A stretch of 64,000 nt of DNA from Pseudogymnoascus verrucosus. Its lineage: Eukaryota. The stretch is from the NCBI GenBank assembly GCA_001662655.1, contig KV460250.1; one strand, written 5' to 3'. The translations under genes and the position numbers were made by a program. Below are positions 23,022-35,889 of this stretch, one piece after another. A model generated the notes under the pieces. It searched no databases. It was not told where the DNA came from and saw only the letters and a program-made list of their open reading frames with translations. The number at the start of each line of letters is the position of its first letter. Position 1 is the stretch's first letter.

Positions 23022-25085
23022 ATGTCTGAACACGCGACACCGGTTGAGGCAGTGTCTGCTTCGGTGGATTCATCGGTTGCGCGTCCAGATGACGCGACTG
23101 CTGGGGGAGTTTCATCCGCCGCCGATGCCACTACTGGCGACAGCAATGGAGTGAGCGCGACTGAAACCAAGGAAGAGCTTCCAGTTGCCGAGGCTGCCAA
23201 AGGTATGTTCCGCCACGATAGCCATTCTCGAATATATCGTCGCGCATACTAACATCTTTACCACAGAGGACAGCGAAGCCAAGATTCTCCCCGAAGACGA
23301 AAAGCCAGCAGAGACCGCTACAGAGAGTGAGACGAAAGCTGTCGCCGATACAGTCGCGGAGATTTCAGAAGCCACTGCAACTCCATCGTCTGCAAACAAG
23401 TCCAAGGCGCGTCGCAAGTCATCTGGCGTCCCGGAGCACAAGGGCCGAAAGCTCAACAAGAAGGAATCCAAGGCAAAGATGAGCAACATTCACGCTCAGC
23501 CTGGCGAGTATTACTTCATCAAATTGAAGGGATACCCAAAATGGCCCGGGATTGTTGCTTCTGAAGATATGCTCCCTGATGCGATCCTGAAATCCCGCCC
23601 GGTGACCGCTGCGAAGCCAGATGGAAGCTACAGGGAAGACTTTGCTGAGGGCGGGAAGAACGCTCTGGACCGCACATTTCCCGTAATGTTCTTTGAAACA
23701 AACGAATTGTAAGTTTTCTATTCACTCCACCTCTGTTGTTGGTTCCTGGCACGAAAATCTAACCCTTTCTACAGTGCCTGGACCCCTAACACCGATCTCG
23801 AACCTCTCGACACTAGCGTCATCGGTGACGTTCCACAGGGCAAGATGTCCAAATCGTTGTACGCAGCGTATCAATTGGCTTCTGAAAATCACGATTTGGA
23901 TCATTACAAGAACGTTCTTAGGGAGTTCGAGGTATCCCGCCGTAGAGATGAAAAGGCGGCACAGGATGCTATCGACGCAAAGGAAGCAGCAAAGGAAGCA
24001 AAGGCTTCAGCCAAGAAGGGCAAGAAGGCCAAGGAAGTTGTTCAGGACGAGGATGAAGATGTTGAGATGGCCGACGCGGGCGCAGATGAGGCTGAGAAAG
24101 AAGATAAGCCCAAGGCGTCCAAGAAGCGCAAGGCTGTCGATGATGAGACCTCTGTAAGCTATATCCATCACCACTATGCACACTTAGCGTTCTAACATCG
24201 ATTACAGACCCCGAAGCGAACAGATTCAGTAAAGAAGCCAAAGCTGAAGCTTATAAACTCAGCTCAGAAGGGAAATGCAGCAGCCGAAACTCCAAAGTCT
24301 GCCGCCAAAGAGAAAAAGGAGAAGGCTAAGCCCAAGACCAAGAAGGCTGCTGCGGCACCCGCGACGCCAAAGGAGCCAGAGCTCAGTGCAGAGGAGAAGA
24401 GCAAGAAGAAAGAGGTATGAGCTATCATACGGTGCTGAATATGTCATTATACTAATATTTTGAGTAGAAAGAGGTTCGCTTTTTGCGCCACAAACTCCAA
24501 AAGGGCCTCCTTGACAGCGTCAAGAAGCCAAAGGAAGAAGATATGAAGCAAATGTCCGAGTTTATCACTAAACTTGAGGGATACTCAGACCTGGAAGTTA
24601 GCATTATTCGCGCCACTAAGATCAACAAGGTCTTGAAGGGCATCCTCAAGATCGAGGACATCCCAAAGGAGGCTGAATTTAAATTCAGAGAGCGTTCCAC
24701 CGAGCTTTTGGCCAAATGGAATAAGATCTTGGAGAGCGATACCCCAGCACCAGCTTCGGCACAGGCCAACGGGACATCGAAGGAGCAAGTTAATGGAGAG
24801 TCGGCCACAGCAGAGGATGGGACGAAGACAACCGGATTAGATGGGGCTGACGACACTCTTGCCCCTGAGGTAGATATGGAGGATGCCGATTCTAAGGACG
24901 AACAAGCGAAGTCTGAAGAAGAGGAGAAGCCTCAAGAGGAGGAGAAGCCCGAGGACGAGGAGAAGGCGGCCGAAGACAAGACCGAGGTATGTGGCTCTCT
25001 GACCCGTTTTCTACATGGAGGCTCTATTCTAACAAACAAGCAGGTCATTGTGGCGGAGGCTACACCAGTTGAGGCTACTGCGTAG
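23022..25085 (+). CDS. PWWP-domain chromatin protein with C-terminal TFIIS-N-like helical domain (Pdp3-like), multi-exon
   Basis: IKLKGYPKWPGIV (PWWP variant), FPVMFFETNE; C-terminal LRHKLQKGLL...IIRATKINKVLKGILKIEDIP...LLAKW; canonical introns. Confidence 0.85.
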
Positions 25086-25793
25086 AGGCTCTAGGTATGG
25101 GCAACATCGCCGTTCTAGCCAAAGCTGGGGCAATTACGAATTAATTTGGTAGTTGAGAGGGCATAATCTGATGTCGGAACCCAGGGAGCTATGGTGGCTG
25201 TTTTGATTTGGCTTTCTATCTGGCGTCTCTGTTTGTAACATCACACACACACATCTATGAACTTTCTCTTTCGGAAAATACGACCTTCTCTGTCGGAGCC
25301 TGACTCTTTTGCCGTTTCTCATCAAGGTGGGGGGGTTGTACAAATCTGGTTTTGCTCTTTTCGGATGTTGATGGCATGGATGACGAAGGGTAACGTGGCC
25401 ATTTAAAACACTCGTTTTATGGCAGAACTGGTCACGAATTCCATAGGCAAATAAATGCACCTAAAATCTCATAATACACGTTCATATTTCACATTGCAGA
25501 ATTAAAAGTGTTTTATTCAGTATTCTATTTAATAATCGTACATTAAAATATCTCACTTATAGTAATCACTTGTTGGATTCCAATCCACTTAGTTCATACA
25601 ATACTAATCCACCGGTCTTAGGTCTGTAGATATAAGCCAGACCTCTAGACACAGCTAGTCCTCTTCTTCCTCCTTCTGTAGCTTTAGATCTTCAATGAAA
25701 CCACCTCTTGTCCGAGCAAACCCTCCACGTTCTCATCACAACACAGCACAGCAGATCAAGCAGTATTTAGTCTCTGACACATGCATAACAGTC

Positions 25794-25912
25794 ACATACG
25801 ACCATAGACTCAAGAGAATTGGGCATCCCGTCCGCTCTGCCATACACAAGCTTGAGATCGGTGGATTAGTAGTTGGGTGGGTGACCACCAGCGAATACCC
25901 ACTGTTGTATGT
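25794..25912 (+). rRNA. 5S ribosomal RNA gene (dispersed copy)
   Basis: 119 nt ACATACGACCATAG...GGGCATCCCGTCCGCTCTGCC...AGTAGTTGGGTGGGTGACCACCAGCGAATAC...GTTGTATGT with complementary ends, followed by T-runs (Pol III terminator). Confidence 0.97.
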
Positions 25913-26491
25913 TTTATGTTAATTTTTTTTGCCGTTTTGGACGTTGGATTTTGGCCCCTGAAGTTAAGGTTCTAGTGGGGAGAGAGAGAAGAAGAAGGGT
26001 TAGAATGGGTTGGGCTGGGCTAATGTGTTTTCGTCTCTGGTACAGGGCGAGGCTGCGGATCAATCACCACGCTCATAGTAACCTTCCTTTACACCTGAGC
26101 ATTCGTGAGCGCTGTTGCCGGTAAGGTCAACCATTAGGAGGTAAGGCGTCTGTCTTATGCCTTAACGATGGTGTTCGATTGGTTGCAAGAATGACGAAAC
26201 TATGCGAAGTGCTGAATCATCGAAGTATGCTCACGTATGATTGGTAGAATCTTCCAATAAATGCAATGCAGATGTATGACTAAGGAAACGACAACCCCGC
26301 ATGACAATGATAGGATTGACATAAACTGGAAGGTATATCTCGAGTTAGAGTCTAGAATCGTGAGGACTATCAATCTGATCTTCATCTCAAACCCTCAATT
26401 ATCTTTGCTTTGAAAAGATCCAATTTGCTCCATCTAAGGTGATTTACCAAACGTTTCATCGAACTTGTATAAACCCTCGTCACTTATCACC

Positions 26492-27636
26492 ATGCCATCG
26501 ACCCTTCTCACCGGCGCCAATTCCTTCCTAGCCGCTCATGTAATTAATTCTCTGATCAAGGCCGGCCATCATGTAACAGGCACTGTTCGCCGAGCTGCAG
26601 CTGGCGATGCAATTTTCGCTCTTCATCCAGAGTGGAAGAGCCATTTAGACATTGTCATTGTCGAGGATATTACCAACGAAGCCAGCTGGGATTCGATCTT
26701 TGAAGAAAAAAAAGGTTTTAATCATGTACGAAGGCCGAGGACAAGATGCGTTTCGTTACACGCTTGCTAATAAGCATCATAGGTAGTTCACGTCGCTGCC
26801 CCTCTTCTTGACAATCCAGCAAACACCGACTATGATCGAGACTTCCTCAAGCCAAGTGTAGAAGGGTGAGAACTGCCTTCCCCAAAAAATAGATAGCCGG
26901 TAATCCTTTGCTAACAATGATATATAGCAACCTTGCGCTTCTCCGCTCAGCGAAAAATAATGCACCAAATCTGAAGTCCATTGTTGTTACCGGTTCTGTC
27001 AATGCTTCTACCACTGGATCACCCGAGGAGTTGTTGGCTGGTCCTCTGACCAATTCCACCTGGCTTCCAATTACACAGGAGCAGGCCCGCGCTATGAACA
27101 ACCCATATATCTCCTACTGCTCGGGTAAGAAGGAAGGCGAGCTTGCCATCTGGGACTTCGTAAAGGAAAGCGCGCCTAAGTTTTCTGTCACAGTGCTTCT
27201 TCCAGCGCTGATTTTTGGTCCACCCATCGAGCCACTAAAGGGCGGCGTTAAGGGTTTGCACTATAGCAGCAACGTGATTTATAGCCTCTTCAATGGATCC
27301 AACTCGACTATTCCGGCCACGACCTTCCCAAGCTATATTGATGTTCGTGACCTGGCCGATGCGCATGTCAAGGCCCTCACCGAACCAAAAGTCGCGAATA
27401 AGAGGCTTACCATTGGGGGGAACAAAATGACTTACACAGCTCTAGTACATGCTCTTGCGAAGGTCCCAGCGCTCAATGGTCGTTTACCTACTGATAGCGG
27501 AGAGGACCAGAAAGTAATTCCTGCTAACATTATAGCGGAGGAGGGCAACGAGGCACTTAATATGACGTTTAGGAGTCTAGAAGAGACAATGGCAGATACA
27601 GCAAAGAGAATCTTGGAGCTGGAAGGGCAGCAATGA
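26492..27636 (+). CDS. NAD(P)-dependent extended SDR (Gre2/aldehyde reductase II-like), 3 exons
   Basis: LLTGANSFLA Rossmann motif, VHVAAP exon, catalytic YCSGK (YxxxK), IFGP, YIDVRDLADAHVKAL. Confidence 0.88.
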
Positions 27637-27814
27637 ATTAGGATTTAATGCTTTACTTAGCGCAATCTACTATATCCTTTCCTCAAGGCTGCCGATGATG
27701 TTTTCCTTCCTGTGGTTGCCAAAACTACTCTCATACAGCACAGCTGCTGCCTAGATAGCGGGGCTGAATGAGAGCAGCTGTTGGATAAATACCAAAGTTC
27801 CCAACCTCATTCGA

Positions 27815-27913
27815 AAGTGTCGCGTCGCCTCACCTCGCTCACCCTCCTCGCCCTCACTTCGCCCCAAGATCACCCCTGAGGCGGCAAGTGGCTCAGATTC
27901 CACGCTATGCCTA
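27815..27913 (+). repeat. Island-flanking repeat, copy 1 (likely terminal fragment of a DNA transposon)
   Basis: Shares GCTCAGATTCCACGCTATGCCTA (23/23, 27891-27913), AGGCGGCAAG and GCTCACCCT-type units with 45243-45359. Confidence 0.85.
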
Positions 27914-28509
27914 AGGGAGTCCGTTACAATCAAGGCCAACGAAGGCGGATCTTTGGAGATGGTCTTCGAGAATGATCCGCAAACCCAATCGTTGAATTCC
28001 AAAAAAAAAAATGAACCAAATGTAGAGTATTCATTGATAGCAATCTAGGATATACATGTTGAATAAGCACGTAGCTTTGAATTTCGACTTGAAATAAGAG
28101 TATCATAGTAGAATATCGTAATTGTAGAGTTGGGCCAATTAAATAGCCACCCTTTATGTGGGATAGCAAAACTAAATGATTTATATTTGATAAATCACGC
28201 TTGGACTAAATCTAGCCCTTTACGGCAGCTCCACTGCGCGCTCGACTGGGCGCCCATTTGGAGACTTGCGAATGCCATTTAAGACCATATGTGAATCTGC
28301 TAAGGACCGTAGCATTGTAGACAGGCTAACCACTAAGGGTACAGTTATTGCTCCGCTGATCATGTCTTTACTCATTCATAGGATAGTCAACGACCGCTAA
28401 GTTCTTCTGCCACATACGAGACTCGGGCACTTCCTCCAAATCTACTCCGTTTACCACATACTAACAATTGGCTTGACAACCAATCTGGCTGAACCCCTTT
28501 TTTGTCTCC

Positions 28510-30481
28510 CTAAAGTAACCCACCCCAATCCCATACCATTCGTGCCCGGCTATCCAGATTGCTCCTGAGGTCTAATACCTCGACATTAGTGGGCAATTCG
28601 CAACTTTTCGAGCGTGGGAAGTATTGCTCAGCAGCCTTGCCCCTAATAACCTTTAGAGATGGTGTTCTAGGAATCTCCTCTTCGTCTTGCAGAATCCTCA
28701 ACGCAGTTGGGAGCATGAAGGTTGGTAGTGCGCCTCCTAGAGAGTTCCTGAGAACCTCCAGATAGGGCTCTTCTAATCTTTGTACTTTGCCACTATCCCC
28801 CAAATATGTCTTTTCTGGGGTTCGGAGGCGAACAAGAGCTGCGACTATTTGACCATTGCGAGCGTCGGAGGCCTGAAGAATGCAGCCTTCGGAGATGAAC
28901 GGGAGCTGCAGCAAACGCATCTCTACCTCAAGTATCGGCACCCTTAAGCCTTGACAGCGGATGACTGTGAAATATAACCAGTCAATACAATCAAGCTCAC
29001 GGCTCAGACAGCGATTACGCAGGATGGTATCTACTTACAATCGGTAGAGGCTCGTCCTTCTATAATATAGTCACTGCCCACACGACGGGCGAGATCTCCA
29101 GTTTTATAAAATCCATCACTGTCGAATGAAGCAGCCGTTTCCCCGTGGTCATTCAGATAACTAAAATAGTCAGTGGATATTCTTCTCTAATTTGAAGAAC
29201 GGCACCTACTGAGAGAACACGACGGACTTTTTAATTAGCATCTCCCCATGGCTCCCGCTCGAGAGTTTCACGGTAATGCCAGGCATTGGCCTTCCTATAC
29301 AGCGCTTTGAACCCGTTAGTTGGAAGTCCTTTTGTACGCGGAACGATGACAAGAAAGGTCGAATTACCTCAAGGTTTACATCCGTGTCATTAGTGGTTTT
29401 CATTACCGTTGCGCCTAGTTCTGTTATCCCGTAACAGACATGCAGGCGCTTGCCAAGATCTCGCCAGAATTGCAGTACAGACGGTTCGGGCATCGAACCC
29501 CGAGTAAGAGCGTGGCGGAGAGACTGAGCGCCACGAACATATGGGTTGCGCTTTTCCGGTGGAAGGGGGCTTAGGTGGTCTTCAAAATGTCTCATCATCT
29601 GAGTCCAAATACGCGGGGCACAGCCCAAAGTTGTTGCCCCTCCTTCCCTAAGTCGTTCCCAAATAGCCTCAGCATTTTGAGGTATAATCTCAGTTCGTGC
29701 TCCTCCCAGGACGCTGCCGACAAACGTCACCAAACTACTGCCCCAGTGGATAGCGTCGTGGCTCAGGAAGACTTCGCTAGGACTACTTGAGGTGTGGATG
29801 TCATAAAACAGACGTCGTGTGTGCACCACCCCTTTAGGTGGTCCACTCGTGCCCGACGTAAATAGTATCAAGGCAGGACGATGCGGCTCGACCGTCAACT
29901 TCCGGTCAATCTCAAAACAAGGATCTGAATTGGAAAGATCCTCTGAGGGAGGGTTGCTGATGTTGATGGGTAGAACGGGGATGCTTATGCCTTGAGAGGC
30001 GGCATACCCTTGACACTCTTCAGCGAGTTGGAGGTGTTGCTGATCTGCCAAGATGCAGATAGCCCGAGACGTCTGCAGCATATAGAACGCTTCCTCTGGC
30101 AGGAGCGTAGTTGCTTTGAGAAATCTATTAGAACATCTTTTTAGAAGTTGGGCACTTCAAAAGCTCACCTAATGGCGCGAATGCTCCACCAATTGACATA
30201 ATGGACAAAGCTGCTATAATGAACTCATACTTGCCGGACAAGATCAAAATGTATGGGTTTGACACCTGAAGAAGGTTAAGCGCATCGTCAAACATGGACT
30301 CTGGGAGTGATTGTTTTAACAAAAGTTGCATTCGAAGCACGTCGGTAAGCAGCTGGCCGTAATTTGCATCGATTCTATTCTGAGGATCATGGATGATCAC
30401 ATGCTTGATCTCGTTAGCGATCTTGAGTAGATTCACAAAGAAAGGCTCATTTGGCAATCTGCCACGAAGCGCCTTCGCCAT
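28510..30481 (-). CDS. Adenylate-forming (AMP-binding) acyl-CoA synthetase-like enzyme A, 5 exons
   Basis: ILFTSGTSGPPKGVVH, YGITELG, FYKTGDLARR, IIEGRAS, PRTPSLK (catalytic Lys), C-terminal WDWGGLL; four canonical introns. Confidence 0.9.
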
Positions 30482-31095
30482 CCTCAACGAACTGTAACCT
30501 CGCTGTTTAGAATTGGTTGACTTAAAGACCAAAAGACGATTCAGCAATGTAAGTGCGACGAAGTGGTCATAACGTCACATTTGGAGGTTATTGAATAATG
30601 TAGCAATATTCCGTTGGCCCCCCCTGAAATATCAAGGTGTATAGATCCTTTCCGGAATGAGATCAGTGGCGGTGTAAACACAAGCTACGAAGGCTAGTAG
30701 GCCCTCCCTTACAGCCCCAACCGGAGAGGCTCCGGCAAGCCCACTTTGGTTGAGAACTGTGGGTGTCTATCCCGGGGTGAGTGTCTTAGAGCGACTGATA
30801 CATGCGCGCCCGGCCGGCGGTTTGAAATGCAGATCCTACCATAATGCAAAAGTACATGTAACATCGTGGCATGTTAAGACTTTGAGCCGTCCGTAGGCTG
30901 CTGGATCATCCCGCAGTGTATATCGAAAGCCATGGATCTTGAAGGCTTACTCGTGTCATATTTTAGTTGCACTGACAGTTATCTAGAGCCCAGCACCCGC
31001 TTGCCTCCTCCGGGCCCCATTCTCATTACAGTCTTTAACCGATATCCTACGCAATATTTGTGAGGACAACGCCTATTTCTCACCAGATTCCCAAG

Positions 31096-31914
31096 ATGGC
31101 CGCTTGCAAACCTCATCTGATTGACAAGGAGCAGTTGCCGGAAGCCTCAAATTCAGTGAAAGTCCTCTGCCTCGGCATGTGTCGTACTGGGACGACCTCT
31201 CTCTTGGCGGCTTTGACCACACTCGGTTACACGCCCATCCACATGACAATCATTCTAGAGGACGCCCGTCAGAAAGAACTCTGGACTGAGGCTATTGAAA
31301 AGACTTTTATCAGTGGAGGGTCAGAGGCACCCTACGGCCGGGCCGAGTTTGACGTTCTTCTGAGCGGTTACGATGTCGCTCTTGATGTTCCCTGTGCGAT
31401 CTTTGGAGAGCAACTGATCAAGGCCTATCCAGATGCCAAGGTCATTTTGACCACTAGGCCAGTTGGATCATGGATTACTTCCATGCAGAGCACTATTTGG
31501 CAATTCATGAGGTGGCCGTCTTATCGCATTCTGCGTTACGTGGAACCGGAATTCATGGGCTCTTTCCTAAAGTTGGTGGAACTGATCTTTTTCGTTCACA
31601 ACAAGAACAACTATGGTGGAGAAAAAGCTGAACAGGCTTATATTTCACACAATAAGCGGATTCGAGAACTCACCCCCCCGGACAGACTCTTGGAGCTTTC
31701 ACCACCCTTTCATCTGGACGAACTGTGCAACTTCCTCGGTAAACCAGTCCCACTCGACGGTTACCCCCATGCCAATTCCACCCAAGAATATACTCCAAAA
31801 ATATACAGGAGAAGGAATAAATCGCTGGCCTTGGCACTGAAGCGGCTGGGTAGATTATTCTTCCAACTTTTCCCCTTCACGCTGTTACTGTGGTATATTT
31901 ATCATTGGAGTTGA
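31096..31914 (+). CDS. P-loop sulfotransferase-like protein (Sulfotransfer_4-type) with C-terminal TM helix
   Basis: KVLCLGMCRTGTTSL, YDVALDVP, YPDAKVILTTR, LCNFLGKPVP..YPHAN; hydrophobic tail; intronless. Confidence 0.85.
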   Translation: MAACKPHLIDKEQLPEASNSVKVLCLGMCRTGTTSLLAALTTLGYTPIHMTIILEDARQKELWTEAIEKTFISGGSEAPYGRAEFDVLLSGYDVALDVPCAIFGEQLIKAYPDAKVILTTRPVGSWITSMQSTIWQFMRWPSYRILRYVEPEFMGSFLKLVELIFFVHNKNNYGGEKAEQAYISHNKRIRELTPPDRLLELSPPFHLDELCNFLGKPVPLDGYPHANSTQEYTPKIYRRRNKSLALALKRLGRLFFQLFPFTLLLWYIYHWS

Positions 31915-32904
31915 GGATTCGGTGTCCTGGAATTGTCGTTTAGCTATTTACTACGGGCGCTTCGATAGGGCGACATAATAATTCTTGTGGACATGACCTG
32001 GGAATGTAGAAATTACCGTCATTTTTGACGTGGTTTGTTTATACTTCCATAAATGCAATTTTCCGTCCGGTCCAGTCATCAAGAATCACCGTATGGAGTA
32101 CTCAGCAAGGCACAAAGAACACCCATACCCACCACTCTCGCAAAAGTTTACCACTGGAAAGAGATAGGGTTAGATAAGCCGTGTCTCAGTCAACCTCACC
32201 GCTATTGACAACTCATCAGCGGGCTTGCTTCTTTAGAAATGATATGTCTCAGCCAATGTTGTAACATCATATTATGCGCATGTCTCAACAACCCCTGCAT
32301 GTTCGCTAATCAACCGTCAGCCGCCCCAGACATTCTCTCAAATAAAAAATAGAGACAGGCCCCGTCCGAAGCCCCTAAGATCCTTTGGGATGTCACCTAC
32401 CTGCCACGGACTTTATGCAACAAGATTTCAGCCAGTTGAGTGGAACATGAAAAGTGGTTACGTACGATAAGAGAGGATTGGGCCAGAGGTTGTCGAAGGC
32501 GGAATAGAGGAGTATAAAATGACTAGTACCGGTGGTTGTCTGAGGGGTCTGCTCTGAAGCTAGAGGCCCCGGCGGATACATGTCTTTATTAACTTTGGAC
32601 GGCCCATTGTCCCATAATGGCTCGACCGTTAAGACATAGCTATAACTTTCATTTAAGCACAGTTTCTCTGTTGCATCCTGCGTGGATGTGCTGTTTGATT
32701 AGACTTTAGTCCACATGACATCGCAGAACACACAAGTTCACATGGCCGTCGTCGGCGAGTAGCAACTCTATTATCTGCCAGGCTTACTGTACATCGTATC
32801 ACGGAGTACGGAGGTGCATTGCAAAATAAATGACATGAGGGTAAGACAGCCGCTAGTCTAATTATAGGATAGCCCCATATAAATTATTATGACCATGCCT
32901 TATA

Positions 32905-33005
32905 CAGTACGGCGCCAGAAGCTTACATACTAGCCCGTGCTTAAATTGCAGTGATTTGTATGAGAAAAAGCACGGGCCCGTATGTAAACTACTGGCGCCG
33001 TACTG
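32905..33005. mobile_element. 101-bp Tc1/mariner-type MITE
   Basis: 38-bp terminal inverted repeats (32905-32942 / 32968-33005, 34 of 38 matching) starting CAGT, flanked by TA on both sides (32903-4, 33006-7). Confidence 0.85.
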
Positions 33006-33660
33006 TACGTACTTAGTACTCCGTCCTACGACTCAGCCAGAAGGGCATTTAACACCGAGACCTTTCATACCATAACCCAACTACCACCGGCATGTCTTTA
33101 TTAGGCCGCTTTCCGGCCATCGCATTTCGGCCACGTGTGTGGAGGGCACGAAGACAGCTAGTTACAACTCAGTAAGAACAGCCAAATTAGAGAGCATTAG
33201 CTAATGGGTGTATATTAGATAAAAGTATGTTCCAGCTTGTGGAGATTTAAACGAAGGTCCTGTATCGTCAGGTTCTTTGTTGTGGACCGGCTTTGGATTT
33301 TCACGGGCGTCACTTGCTTGGATATAGACACGCCGTCTGAAGATATTTTAGCACCAATTGATTAGATGATATACTCCGTCAGTTGTACCCTTTATGTACT
33401 AGCTATGAACGGTTAAGATCAGCAGGCGACAAGACGGTGCTAGGTGAGACACTGAGCAAAACAAAAGACTGCAGGGCTGGCGGGCTCTCCAAGTCGACTA
33501 GGTCCAGGAGAGTGCGGACGCCGCTAGCAGTGATAAATAAGGGACAGTGAAAACGCGGAGTCTACCATGACGGTGATGACCTACCATCTTCATCACTCTT
33601 GCCCATACAACAGGAACACAATTGGTTTTCAGACACATCTAAATTCAGAACAATCTCACC

Positions 33661-35601
33661 ATGTCGGCAAGAACAACGCTCAAGTTCCCCCATGACCCAA
33701 TCCTGGTTAGGCTGCTTATTGCAGCTCAGCAGACTTCGGACTCAGAAACGATCGTCCATGATGCCCTTGGCTTTAAGAAGAGTTACCCGGAACTGCTTAC
33801 TGATATACTGCAAACTCGCGATCTCCTTCGCGCGCGGCTACCACTACCAGCTACGAACGAGCAAGGTATTTTGCGTGGAGAATTCCAATATGTTGCCATT
33901 CTCTCAAGGAGTGGTTATGAGTTCCTCGTTGCTTTCTTCGCCATCCGAGCGATGGGGGGCGTTTGTATGCCCTTAGGTGAACGGCTCCATAAGACCTGTG
34001 TGGAACAAAGAACTAACCACTTGCAGGCTCCGGCGTCCTTCCCGAAGAGGCACACTACTTTCTCTCAAAGGCAAAAGCGAACTGTATGCTCGCTGGCAAG
34101 GACAGCCTTGAGAGGGCTGAAAATATCTGCGCCTATATCCAAGAGCAAGGGAACTTTGATACCTTGACATTGTTGCCCATTTCGTGCAATGCAGAGCCCT
34201 TGAGGAACATTGATATTGGGATCGATGACAATCTTCAATTAGACCCGGATGGACCAGGTCTGCTACTCTTTACCTCAGGTACTACTGGGTTCCCGAAAGG
34301 CGCGGTAATACCCAGACGATGCTTTGCTGATCCACAAGCCTTTGAACCTGGCGCCGCTGCTATCAGCTACAACCCATCCCATTGGATTGGTGGTGCGAGG
34401 AGTCTAATCGGGCCCGTGCTAACGAGTAAGAAGCTTTACATTGTTGCACAGAAAGCTGGAAGAGCTCGTGCAGAGGCTGTGTTAGAAGCCTTTAGAAACC
34501 ATCGGATTACCCATGCCATATTCACCCCGGCGTTGTTGCGGCATATGAAGGACATATTGATTGATCAAAGTGGAAATTTGTCGGAAGATAAGAAAAGCAG
34601 ATGCTCTAGCTACTTTAAGGGCTTGTCCGCGATCAGATGCTCTGCCGGGGTGGTTGAGTTTTCAACGAAGGAGTTCTGGACTGATTTGACGGGCTTACCA
34701 TTTGAAAATTTCTATAGCGTAACGGAGTTGGGAGGCGGTGTGACTCGAGGGATCTCTGCGATAAAGGTAAGCATAGATTCAAAGCATCTAACTGCGCGCA
34801 ATATAACTCAACTCTCACGTGCAGGGCTCCATTGGAACCCCTCTGCCCGGCATTACGATAAAACTGTCGGAAGGAAACCATGGTGAGATCTATGTTAAGA
34901 GTCCAAAAATGCTTACGCAGTATGTATCATATCGGCTCAAATAACTGCCTGGCTAGTATACTGACGAGGCTACCTCGAATAGCTACATTGATGATAAGAA
35001 GACAACGCAGGCCGCGTTCGATGAAGACGGATACTTCAAGACTGGCGATCTTGGCGAGCTAAAGGATGGTGAATATATATTTGCCGGCCGAGCGAACGCT
35101 GACTGTGAGTCCTATACACATTATCTCGGAAGTGAAACAAGCTGAAATCGCCATGCAGATGTGTTGTTTGGGGTCTTCCGAATCTCAGCACTGGTTGTTG
35201 AGAGCAGCTTAATGGATCTGCCATATATCTCCGAAGCTTGCGTCGTTGCGGTGCCAGACAACGATGCAAAACAATTATGCGGCGCTGTTATTCGGCTTGA
35301 ACGTGGTACAATGCCAATAGGGCAAATAACTCTGGCCCGGATTAGGTCCGATCTCCAGAGCAGCTTGGCACCTTTTATGCTGCCGGCTCTTCTTCGGATC
35401 CTGGAGGACAAAGAGGAGCTGCCGCGTACGGTATCCGGGAAGCCTATAAAGAGACAAATTCTGATGGACTTCTTTGGGGCCGTGGACGGCGGCCTAGCCG
35501 AAAATATACCGCCTAGAGTTGAGCGCTACAACAAGTTGATGACAGTCGAGGCACAGGCCAAGCCATGGGATTGGTGCGGACTGCAGCGTGCTACAATCTA
35601 G
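33661..35601 (+). CDS. Adenylate-forming (AMP-binding) acyl-CoA synthetase-like enzyme B, 5 exons
   Basis: LLFTSGTTGFPKG, YSVTELGG, YFKTGDL, FAGRAN, PRTVSGKP, C-terminal WDWCGL; introns at the same positions as enzyme A. Confidence 0.9.
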
Positions 35602-35889
35602 GACTATATCAAACGAATTCCTCATTGAATAATGTAGAATACATCTAGAGGGGTGTTAACTCGCATCTCCACGACGTTTACGTCGATCCGTACTGACGGT
35701 AACAATACATTGACCTAATGGCGTGCGAAACGGTCCCATTTTTCGGTCGCTCTTGAAATGCACCTAATATAAGTTTTCACCACGAGGAACGCAGCTAGTA
35801 GGTATTGTGTGAAAAGTAAATAAATGAAATGAAAGACTTAACTAAGAGGCTGTGCTGTATTTGGCCCGAATACCGCTCTTTGCAGTCAC

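Noticed and set aside
27914..28012. Coding-like fragment followed by an A-run just inside the left repeat (retrocopy?)
   Set aside because: Too short to assign; no target-site duplication or recognisable parent.
32165..32173. TAGGGTTAG as a telomerase RNA template (minus strand)
   Set aside because: Only a 9-nt match with no supporting structure recognised; expected by chance.
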